NCBI RefSeq assembly: GCF_000017305.1
Contig: NC_009806.1
Location: 1 to 32,000, forward strand
Reading direction: 5' to 3'
DNA from: Kineococcus radiotolerans SRS30216 = ATCC BAA-149
GTDB taxonomy: Bacteria > Actinomycetota > Actinomycetes > Actinomycetales > Kineococcaceae
Length of the DNA: 32,000 nucleotides
The notes below the pieces were generated by a model. It made no database searches and was not told the origin of the DNA. It saw nothing but the letters and a program-made list of their open reading frames with translations. Positions 8,109 to 15,667 of the stretch are shown here, piece by piece (position 1 is the first letter of the stretch; each line of letters opens with the position of its first letter). Position numbers and translations under genes: made by a program.

Positions 8109-8841
8109 AGGCCAGCAGCACCTCGCCGAAGACGCGTGGCACCGGCCCGGACACGCAGCCCTGCAGGTGCAGGCTCACCGCCCGTTCCACCAGCAGCTCC
8201 CGGTCCGGCTGACGGGCACGGTTCACGCGCGGAGACCGCAGCGCCGTCAAATCACCCGCAACCGACAACGACGCCAAGCCCACGTCGTAGGCCTCGAACC
8301 AGTCCGAGTGAGAACGGGCAGCCTGCGAGGTGTGAGCATCGAGGACGAGCCATGCCTCGTCGGCAACCGCGGTGTGGCGACTGGCCTGCGCGAGACCGCG
8401 TCGCCAGTCCCGTAGCTTCGCTTCAACCGTGACGATCTTGCGCGCTAGCGAGCGCCACGTGTAGGTCGCCTGCCACCTATCCCCCACCGCCTCCAGGTGC
8501 CCACCATCGACGAGGCGAGGCAGGACCCCACGACGCAGGTGCGCAGCAGACACCATGGCCGCGTCGGCGAGCTCCGGCGTACTCAGCGGCTGCCCAGACC
8601 GAACCTGCAGTGCCAGCAAGATCCGCACATCGACTGACCCCATCAGCGGCGCCTTGCCTGCTCGCGCGGCAACGGCCCCGTGATCAAGGTCTAGCAGGAC
8701 CACGTCAGGAATACCCGCGGTGCAGGGGACCTCGAACATGACTTCCGCGCCAGGCAGCAGCTGCGCCGCTTTGTAAGCCAAGGGGGCCAGCATGTCCGCC
8801 TCCGACCCGAAACGGTCAGTGACTGAAGATTGAGACCCCAT
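8032..8841 (-). CDS. PD-(D/E)xK nuclease-fold protein with inserted winged-helix domain
   Basis: 269 aa. E37 (MFEVP), P45-D46 (GIPDVVLLDLD) and E140-x-K142 (VTVEAKL) form a PD-(D/E)xK signature. The ~90 aa between D46 and E140 contain a wHTH-like segment (LSTPELADAAMVSAAHLRRGVLPRLVDGGHLE). The 3' end overlaps the convergent 6711..8108 gene by 77 nt. Confidence 0.6.
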   Translation of the reverse strand: MGSQSSVTDRFGSEADMLAPLAYKAAQLLPGAEVMFEVPCTAGIPDVVLLDLDHGAVAARAGKAPLMGSVDVRILLALQVRSGQPLSTPELADAAMVSAAHLRRGVLPRLVDGGHLEAVGDRWQATYTWRSLARKIVTVEAKLRDWRRGLAQASRHTAVADEAWLVLDAHTSQAARSHSDWFEAYDVGLASLSVAGDLTALRSPRVNRARQPDRELLVERAVSLHLQGCVSGPVPRVFGEVLLASTGDDPRLRGAAAGSTRPAAGSPRH

Positions 8842-9012
8842 GAGAGGGCAGCGTAGCTACCACCCCTGACGTGCGCCGCGAGTGCGGTCAGGTTCGTGCT
8901 GTGGCGTCACGGGAAGGCCCGCCTCCAGGTGCATCGATGCACTGTGGTTCGCGTCAGCGCCGTGGGCGGCATGAGCCTCAAGGGCAGCCTGGTCTAGGCC
9001 GATGCGGCGCTG

Positions 9013-9897
9013 GTGAGATGGCTGCGCGATCGCCGCGGATACGGCCAGCTGCGCCTGCCCTACCCCCGCTACCGGAGCCGGCGCAGCTCTTGGCTCGAGC
9101 AGGACCTGCGCGCCCGCCGTCGGCACCTGCTGCGCGCCAACTGGCGCGACCTGACCACGCTCGTCGTTGCCTTCGCCCTCGCAGCCGTCTCCTTCAGCTA
9201 TGGAGTACGGGAGCATCCACAGCTGCAAGCCGGTGTCCTCGGGGCCTTTCTCGGCGCCGCCGCCGTCGGCGGGACCGGCTTCCTGGCGCTCATCGACGGC
9301 AGCCTGCTAGCCCGCCTCGGCCGCAGCGTCGAGAGTGACGTCGGGGATGAGCTGCGCACCACCGATGGGGTGTACGGCGTCATCAGCGCTGTCCCCTTTG
9401 AGCGCTTCGACGTCGACCACGTCGTCCTCGCCCCCAAAGGCTGCTTCGCCCTCGAGGTGAAGGCTCTCTTCGGCCGCCAGCAGAGCCTGGAGGACACCTA
9501 CGGCCTGGACAGTAAGGTCCACCAAGCCCGCCAAGGCGCCACCAAGACCGCGGCCCTGCTCCGCAGCCACGGCATCCACAAGCCCGTCCGTCCCGTCCTG
9601 GTGCTCGCCGGGCCCGGCGCCCCCAACCTTCAGGGCCAGGTCGTCGACCGCGCCGGCGTCCTGATCGTCGCCTTCCGCGACAGCGACACCTGGCGACCGG
9701 TCATGGCCGGCCCGACTAGTCCTGACCAGGCCCTGCCGCTGGACACTGCGGCCAAGGCCGCCGGGCACCTGGTGACCTTCTGCGAGCGCCGCGAGCAGCA
9801 CCAGCGGTCGAAGGTTCAGCAGCGACGGAGTCGGCAGGCTGGGCTCCAGCGGGGTGCACCTGAGACGCAGCGCAAGCTGAGCGGGGGCCGTCGTTGA
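9013..9897 (+). CDS. membrane-anchored NERD (nuclease-related domain) protein
   Basis: GTG start. Two hydrophobic helices (LTTLVVAFALAAVSFSY, GVLGAFLGAAAVGGTGFLALI). They are followed by FERFDVDHVVLAPKGCFALEVKAL, which matches the NERD core (D-x-D-H...E-x-K). Confidence 0.75.
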   Translation: MRWLRDRRGYGQLRLPYPRYRSRRSSWLEQDLRARRRHLLRANWRDLTTLVVAFALAAVSFSYGVREHPQLQAGVLGAFLGAAAVGGTGFLALIDGSLLARLGRSVESDVGDELRTTDGVYGVISAVPFERFDVDHVVLAPKGCFALEVKALFGRQQSLEDTYGLDSKVHQARQGATKTAALLRSHGIHKPVRPVLVLAGPGAPNLQGQVVDRAGVLIVAFRDSDTWRPVMAGPTSPDQALPLDTAAKAAGHLVTFCERREQHQRSKVQQRRSRQAGLQRGAPETQRKLSGGRR

Positions 9898-10033
9898 CGT
9901 CGGCCCCGCAGCGTCTGCCCCACCACAGGCGGTCATGAGCCCGAGAGCGCTGACAAGGCTCAGCGGAAGCTACCGCAACCGTTGCCTCCAGCAATTTTGC
10001 GGTCATGTCGATGACCGCTGGATCGGCACGAGC

Positions 10034-10483
10034 TCAGCCGCCGACCTCAGCGGCGCCCCGGTCAGCCTCGTAGACACGCCATGTGCCGTCCTCCAAAGCC
10101 GCCACACGAGTGGTCACCGAGGACCCGGCGACAGCGTGCACCTCAGTGCCGATCGGCAGATAGGCGGCATCACCCTCGCGCGGGACGAACTCAGGGTCGA
10201 AGACGATGTCCTTGATCCGGCACCGCACGCTGGCCACGACGTCCCCGACCTGCTCCTCACTTAGCACCGATCCAGGGCTGTAGTCGGTGCTGTACGTGAC
10301 GCCGTCGACCACGACGAAGGGCACCCAGTCGATAGCCACCGTCTGGTCCTCCCCAGACGGCTGCGGACAGTAGTCAGCAGCCCAATCTCGCGTGGACCGC
10401 GACTCGTCGGGGGTGGAGCAGCCGACCGCCACGGCCAGCGCCACGACCGGGTACAGCGACCTGACGACGTGCTTGATCCTCAT
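10034..10483 (-). CDS. hypothetical lipoprotein
   Basis: Internal ATG at 10483 preceded by aaggaga (SD). Signal peptide with lipobox MRIKHVVRSLYPVVALAVAVG-C. The track ORF extends to 10570, but that extension lacks signal-peptide logic. Confidence 0.65.
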   Translation of the reverse strand: MRIKHVVRSLYPVVALAVAVGCSTPDESRSTRDWAADYCPQPSGEDQTVAIDWVPFVVVDGVTYSTDYSPGSVLSEEQVGDVVASVRCRIKDIVFDPEFVPREGDAAYLPIGTEVHAVAGSSVTTRVAALEDGTWRVYEADRGAAEVGG

Positions 10484-10749
10484 GGCCACGTCTCCTTCGA
10501 TGTCGTCACCTGGAGACAGGTTCCCGCCGCCCAGCTGCGGGGGCAGCAGATTGACCGAACGCGCGGTCATCCCGCGTTGTGCGCGGTCTCGAGCTGTCGG
10601 CGACGTCGCACACCCATCAGACGCCGTGACCTATGCAGGCGTTCCACACCTGACGACGTCATCACCGCACATCCAGACCTACCGCGAGGCGGCGCATCCG
10701 CCAGCGCCATCCAGAACGGCGGATCACCAGCGTCGTCGGCAACGTAGCT

Positions 10750-10938
10750 TCACCGCCGCTCTCCCTTCTCCGCCGCCACGACCGCCCCGACAGCCAGCCC
10801 CGGCAGCAGCCCCATCAACGACGTGCCCACTACTGAGTCCGTCCACTCGTAGGTACTGCCGGAGCTCCACATCAGCACAACGGCCAGGAGGGCACCCGCC
10901 CCCATCCCGGCACCCGCGCCCAGAGCCAGGTAGCGCAT
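10750..10938 (-). CDS. possible small two-TM glycine-rich membrane protein
   Basis: MRYLALGAGAGMGAGALLAVVLMW...LMGLLPGLAVGAVVAA. Start chosen at the internal ATG 10938 (track ORF extends to 11049). No family recognised. Weak call. Confidence 0.3.
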   Translation of the reverse strand: MRYLALGAGAGMGAGALLAVVLMWSSGSTYEWTDSVVGTSLMGLLPGLAVGAVVAAEKGERR

Positions 10939-11180
10939 CGCGCCGCCATCTCCACCTGACACCTCGAGCCGACGTCCACGAGGCCCGCGCCCTTCCTGCA
11001 CGGTGACGCCTCGTCCTGCCTGGCCTGGAAGCCGCGACCTCACGGTCATACCACTGTCGCGGACGTCAGCCGTGGTTGCCTTCTGATTCTGCTGCTCAGG
11101 TCACGACGGCAGGTCCGGTGACCGCACTGGTAGAGCCATCGCCTCGACGGACCTCCTGAACCGGCCACCTGGACGGGGCG

Positions 11181-11270
11181 TCATCCCACGCGTGCCAGCT
11201 ACGCGTGCCAGCTACGCGTGTCATCCACGTGTGTCATCCACGTGTGTCATCCACGTGTGTCACCCGTGTG
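11181..11270. repeat. 13-bp-periodic tandem array, ~7 units, consensus TGYCAKCYACGYG
   Basis: Read directly. acgcgtgccagct at 11188-11200 and 11201-11213. tcatccacgtgtg at 11221-11233, 11234-11246 and 11247-11259. Degenerate units flank both sides. Units contain the ACGCGT or CACGTG palindromes. Confidence 0.9.
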
Positions 11271-11703
11271 CGTCGTGTCCTTGCTCGGCGGCGGCCGGTC
11301 CATCGGCGGTGCTGCCTGGAGCAAGGTCACCGAAAGGCGTCCAGGCCAACCACGAGTCCCGGAAGTCCGGATGGTCGCGGTGACGGGCGGCGGCGATGAG
11401 CAGGGTGTAGGCGAGGTTGTCGGCCGTCACCGCGTGGTCATGATCCACAGCCCGTTGGAAGTCACGCACCAATTCACTGTCAACCCAACGCTGGTCCATC
11501 TCCTCAGCTGTCGCGTCGGGCGGGAGCGGGTCGTGGGCGCGGGCCCAGACGAACAAAGCCACCGCACGGGCGATGTCGCCCGGCACCGGATCTAGGCCCA
11601 TGGGCGCCACTGTCGCATCGCCATCAGCAGCGCCACCCACCGGTCCCAGCGAGTCGGCACCGCCAGCCCTCCCGGTGGGAACGCGGAGACGGCCCGGCGT
11701 CAC
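11260..11703 (-). CDS. hypothetical protein
   Basis: 147-aa ORF; alternative ATG at 11601 gives 113 aa. Acidic and His-rich, with no recognised motif. The stop codon lies inside the 13-bp repeat array. Confidence 0.4.
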   Translation of the reverse strand: MTPGRLRVPTGRAGGADSLGPVGGAADGDATVAPMGLDPVPGDIARAVALFVWARAHDPLPPDATAEEMDQRWVDSELVRDFQRAVDHDHAVTADNLAYTLLIAAARHRDHPDFRDSWLAWTPFGDLAPGSTADGPAAAEQGHDAHG

Positions 11704-11939
11704 ACTGGGCGCTGGACCGCCTCGAACCGCCGGCTTGGACTCCCGGCGAGCGCCGGAGGCTGCAGTTGACCCGCCATCTCATGGTGCTACCCGGCACCAG
11801 CACGATTCATCGTGATCGACCGGGTACGGCCGGTGAGGCGCCGGTTGGTGAGACGTCCCGCAGCTGGCGCCCCTAGCGGTGCCAGTCAGCCCGGCCACGG
11901 CGAGGCCGGTCTGAGCATCGCCGTGGACCTCGCCCTTGC

Positions 11940-11977
11940 TGATGGACGCCGCACCTGTTGATGGACGCCGCACCTGG
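11940..11977. repeat. 19-bp perfect-core tandem duplication (tgatggacgccgcacctg x2)
   Basis: Read directly: 11940-11958 and 11959-11977. Intergenic. Confidence 0.9.
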
Positions 11978-12016
11978 TCACCCGGCGGCCTGCGGGTTCT
12001 GCTCGCCGTACGACCG

Positions 12017-12919
12017 TCACCGCCGGCACGCGGTTCTGAGACCTTCCACCACCGCCTGCGCCGCTTCGCGGCCCGCACGGGTCGGCACCAGGGGGTAGAC
12101 GTGGACTTGACCGGACGCTTCGTGGAAGTCGACCTGGACACCGGCGCTGCGGGCCTTGGCCACCAGCAGGTGAGCATCGGGGTTGAGGATGTCGCGCGTT
12201 CCGCTGAACACGCTTAACGGGCCCAGCCCCGTGAAGTCTCCGAAGAGGGGACTCACCACCGGGTCGGTCATGGGGAGCTCGCCCCGCCAGGCGTCGGCGA
12301 AGAAATGCCCCCCGGGCCGGCCAAGCCACGGGTCCGAGGGCTGCACCACGGGGATCCGGGGATTGCTCCACGTCAGGTCCAGCGCAGGAGAGATCAACAC
12401 GGTGCGGGGCAGGACGATGCCTGCATCACGCAGCTGCAGCGTCGCCGACAAGGCGATCTGCCCGCCGGCGGAGTCACCCGCCAGGCACGTCGGCCCTCGG
12501 GTGTCGAAGCTGCGACGCACGAGCTCGACGACCCACTGCCCCACCTGCGCCGCGCTGCCGTAGGGCAGCAGCGGGTAGATCGGGACGGTGACCGTCACCC
12601 CCGCCTCGGCGGCGATGTCAGCCGCCAGCTTCCAGTGGTGCGGGGAGATCTGGTTCACCCACCCCCCACCGTGGACGTAGACGACGCCTCCGGTGGGTGC
12701 GGCTCCGGTGGCCGGGGTGAGCGTGTACACCGGCCAGTGCCGGTCGTGGGTGACCTCGAGGTGGACGTCACGCCGGAGCCACCGTGGAGGCCCGTAGGAG
12801 CGAGGCCGCAGGATCGCGTCCTGCAGCCGCTGCCGCGCTCCCTCGGCGGTGGCGTAGGGCCGGTTGGCCCTGCTCAGGCGCAAGTACAGGGGAACCGCAC
12901 GGTCCAGAAGGTCGATCAT
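12017..12919 (-). CDS. alpha/beta hydrolase, hormone-sensitive-lipase-type esterase (Abhydrolase_3)
   Basis: HGGGW oxyanion motif (VYVHGGGWV) and GDSAGG nucleophile elbow. ATG start with gaggagag SD upstream. Confidence 0.85.
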   Translation of the reverse strand: MIDLLDRAVPLYLRLSRANRPYATAEGARQRLQDAILRPRSYGPPRWLRRDVHLEVTHDRHWPVYTLTPATGAAPTGGVVYVHGGGWVNQISPHHWKLAADIAAEAGVTVTVPIYPLLPYGSAAQVGQWVVELVRRSFDTRGPTCLAGDSAGGQIALSATLQLRDAGIVLPRTVLISPALDLTWSNPRIPVVQPSDPWLGRPGGHFFADAWRGELPMTDPVVSPLFGDFTGLGPLSVFSGTRDILNPDAHLLVAKARSAGVQVDFHEASGQVHVYPLVPTRAGREAAQAVVEGLRTACRR

Positions 12920-13223
12920 GGTGCGCAGCTCTCCTCAACAGACCCGAAACAGACTCGACACCGCGCAGTGTGCCCCCTGCCCGGTCACGCCCGTAGACCC
13001 GATCGTGCCTGCAGGCTGCCTACGTCTCCAGGTAGGACCAGCTCGCGCAGCAGTCCGTGAACCCTGATGCGCCGCCCGACTGCGGTCGCACTAGAGGTGT
13101 GGCACGGACGGCGGGATGACCATGAAGTCGGTCGCCAGATGTCACAGCCGCCATGGGATGGGCTGCATCCGCAGCGCAGCACTGGCGACTTCTCCTAGGT
13201 GGTTCTCGCGCCTGGCGCCGTGT

Positions 13224-13949
13224 TCAAGAAGTTCCCGAAGGGGGCAGATGCTCACGAGCCCACACCGCAGCCGCGGTGCGTCCGCTCACACCCAGCTGCC
13301 GCAGGATGCGCCCGACATGGACCTTGACGGTGTGCTCGCTGATGCCGAGGCTGCGGGCGATCTGCTTGTTGGCCAGCCCCTCAGCGATCAGCTGCAGCAC
13401 TTCGTGCTCACGACCGCTAAGTCCCGTCGCTGGCTGCTGGGGCTGCACCGGATGCTGGGGCTGAGGTGACTGCCCCGGTGACAGCGGCGGTGGGGGCGAA
13501 GTGGGGGACCCGGGCAGCAGGGCTCGGGCGACGCGAGGGTCCAAGGGGGCGTGACCGGCAGCGGCAGAGCGGACGGCGCTGAGGACTTCACGCGGTTCGC
13601 TGTCCTTGAGCAGGTACCCCACCGCCCCAGCGGCCAGAGCCTGCCGGACCTGAGCCTGGTCGATGAAGGACGTCAAGACCACCACCGCGGTGTCCGGGAC
13701 CGCGGCCAGCACCGCCGCAGTAGCGGTCACCCCGTCCATGACGGGCATGGAGAGGTCCATCAGCACCACGTCGGGAGCCAGCTCGCCGGCGCGTTGGACT
13801 GCTTCGGCGCCGTCTGCGGCTTCTCCGACGACCTCGATGTCGTCGCTGCTGCTGCTGGTGCTGGTGCTGAGACCGTCGCCGGCGTGCAGGAGAGCGATCA
13901 GGCCGGCACGAACCAGGCGGTGGTCGTCGACGACCAGGACACGGATCAC
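13224..13949 (-). CDS. LuxR/NarL-family two-component response regulator
   Basis: Receiver domain MIRVLVVDDHRLVRAGL...DVVLMDLSMP. C-terminal HTH LSGREHEVLQLIAEGLANKQIARSLGISEHTVKVHV. Ser-rich insertion and long P/Q-rich linker. The GTG start overlaps the kinase stop (GTGA, 13946-13949). Confidence 0.9.
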   Translation of the reverse strand: MIRVLVVDDHRLVRAGLIALLHAGDGLSTSTSSSSDDIEVVGEAADGAEAVQRAGELAPDVVLMDLSMPVMDGVTATAAVLAAVPDTAVVVLTSFIDQAQVRQALAAGAVGYLLKDSEPREVLSAVRSAAAGHAPLDPRVARALLPGSPTSPPPPLSPGQSPQPQHPVQPQQPATGLSGREHEVLQLIAEGLANKQIARSLGISEHTVKVHVGRILRQLGVSGRTAAAVWAREHLPPSGTS

Positions 13950-15496
13950 GAGGAGAACCTCTCCGAGGATCCCCTCGCGACGGATCCCCGCGAGGAGGAT
14001 CCTGGCGCGGAGGATCGGCGCGAGCGGGATCGGTTTCCGGGGGCGGTCTGGAGGTGGGGTACTTCCAGGCGCCAGCGTGTCCCGGCGCGGGGGGCGGTGG
14101 CCAGCCGCAGCCGGGCCCCGCCCTGACGGGCGAGGTCGGGCAGGAGGCGCAGCCCGAAGTGGCCGTCCTCGGCGGCGTGCTGAGCCGCGGCGGGCTCGAA
14201 GCCGACGCCGTCGTCGGCGACGTCGAGGCGCACGTGGTCCTGCTCGTAGCGCAGGTGCACGCTGAGGTGGTGAGCGCGGGAGTGGGACACGGCGTTGCGC
14301 AGCGTCTCCTGTGCGACCTGGAAGACGAGGCGTTCCCCGGCCAGGTCCAGCCCGCTGCTCTGATGGGGGTCAGGCAGTTGCAGGTCCACGACCATGCCCT
14401 GGGAGCGACCCGAACCAGCGAGATCACCGACGGCGGTAGCCAGCCCGGCGTCGTGGAGGCTGGGTGGGTAGATGTCGAGCAGCAGGGAACGCAACCCGGC
14501 GATGCTGCTGCGCACCGCACCGGCCGCCTCCTGCAACTGCGCACTGGTCCCGTTGGGTTCGCTGGTCCCGGCGGTCTCGTCGCTGCCCGTGCTGCCGCCG
14601 TGCTGGGCGGACTGGGCTCGCTGGGCGCGCTGGGCGGCGGCAGCGACAACGTAGGAGGTGGCCACCAGTTCCTGCACGACACCGTCGTGCAGGGTCGCTG
14701 CGATCCGCTGCCGCTCCCGGGCGGAGGCGTCGACGGCGTCCTGCAACAACGTCTCCCGTTCGACGCGGTTGCGGCGCAGCCGTTCCAGCAGCGCCCACAG
14801 CACCGGCACCAGCAGAACCACCAGCAGCAGCAGGCTGGAGACCAGCAGGCCGGCGAAGCTGCGCCACAGCTGCCCGGTGCGGGTGGTGACCTGGGCGTAG
14901 GGGGTGTAGGTCTCGAAGAGCAGGGGCTGACCGGTGGGGGTCCAGACGGGGCGGTAGACCTCCAGCAGCTTGCCGCGACCGCGTTCCAGCTCGTTCTCCG
15001 GGCGGTCCAGGTCGGTGACCTCGGCCTCCAGGCGGGGACGCGAGAGGGCCTGCAGCTCCTCCTCCTCCAAGGGGAAGGTGCGTCCGATCAGGCGCGTCTC
15101 ATCGGAGTAGACGATGCGCCCTTGCGCGTCCCACACCTTGACCCGCACCAGTCCCGCGGCCTTCAGCACACGATCGCGGACCACGCCGTCCAGGCGCTGA
15201 CGGGCGGCGGTGGCGGCGGCGGGGTCGAGCGAGAGCAAGTCGTCCTCCAGGGCCCCTTGAACGACCGATTCAGCGAGGAGGTCGCTGACCTGGGCGGCGG
15301 CGGCGACCGCTTCACGTTCAGCGATCTGGCGGGCCAGCAGCAGGCTGGCGCCGGTGACGGCCACGACGACGACGATCGCGGCGGCCAGGACGCGCAGCAG
15401 CAGGCGGCGACGGCTGAGTCCGTCGCCGGTGCTGGTACGGGGTGCGCCATCGGCCAGGATCTGCCATTGCGGCTGCACGCCGACGTCATCCACCAC
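13946..15496 (-). CDS. HisKA_3-type sensor histidine kinase (NarX/LiaS/DesK class)
   Basis: Two TM helices flank a ~170-aa extracytoplasmic domain. H-box RQRIAATLHDGVVQEL. ATPase motifs ETLRNAVSHS, DDGVGF, GHFGLRLL. GTG start with aggagag SD. Confidence 0.9.
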   Translation of the reverse strand: MVDDVGVQPQWQILADGAPRTSTGDGLSRRRLLLRVLAAAIVVVVAVTGASLLLARQIAEREAVAAAAQVSDLLAESVVQGALEDDLLSLDPAAATAARQRLDGVVRDRVLKAAGLVRVKVWDAQGRIVYSDETRLIGRTFPLEEEELQALSRPRLEAEVTDLDRPENELERGRGKLLEVYRPVWTPTGQPLLFETYTPYAQVTTRTGQLWRSFAGLLVSSLLLLVVLLVPVLWALLERLRRNRVERETLLQDAVDASARERQRIAATLHDGVVQELVATSYVVAAAAQRAQRAQSAQHGGSTGSDETAGTSEPNGTSAQLQEAAGAVRSSIAGLRSLLLDIYPPSLHDAGLATAVGDLAGSGRSQGMVVDLQLPDPHQSSGLDLAGERLVFQVAQETLRNAVSHSRAHHLSVHLRYEQDHVRLDVADDGVGFEPAAAQHAAEDGHFGLRLLPDLARQGGARLRLATAPRAGTRWRLEVPHLQTAPGNRSRSRRSSAPGSSSRGSVARGSSERFSS

Positions 15497-15570
15497 TGGA
15501 GTCTCTCCTGACCAACGGCTGTGCGGGGAGCGGATGTCAGGTCCACGACCCCAGGCGAGAAGCCCGGGGC

Positions 15571-15667
15571 CGCGCGGGCGTTCGGGCGGGGCGTTCGGGC
15601 GGGGCGTTCGGGCGGGGCGTTCGCGCCGGGGCGGTCGGCGCCGGGGCGGTCGGCGCCGGGGCAGTCA
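15571..15667. repeat. two abutting tandem arrays: 13-bp gggcggggcgttc x3 plus 1 degenerate unit, then 15-bp gcgccggggcggtcg x3
   Basis: Read directly. 13-mers at 15571 (degenerate), 15584, 15597 and 15610. 15-mers at 15623, 15638 and 15653. Lies between the stop of the secreted-protein gene (15665) and the kinase start (15496). Confidence 0.9.

Noticed and set aside
11181-11270. Possible CRISPR array (also considered for 1486-1586 and 15571-15667)
   Set aside because: The units are 13-15 bp and directly abutting, with no unique spacers. No cas genes are in the window. These are simple tandem repeats.
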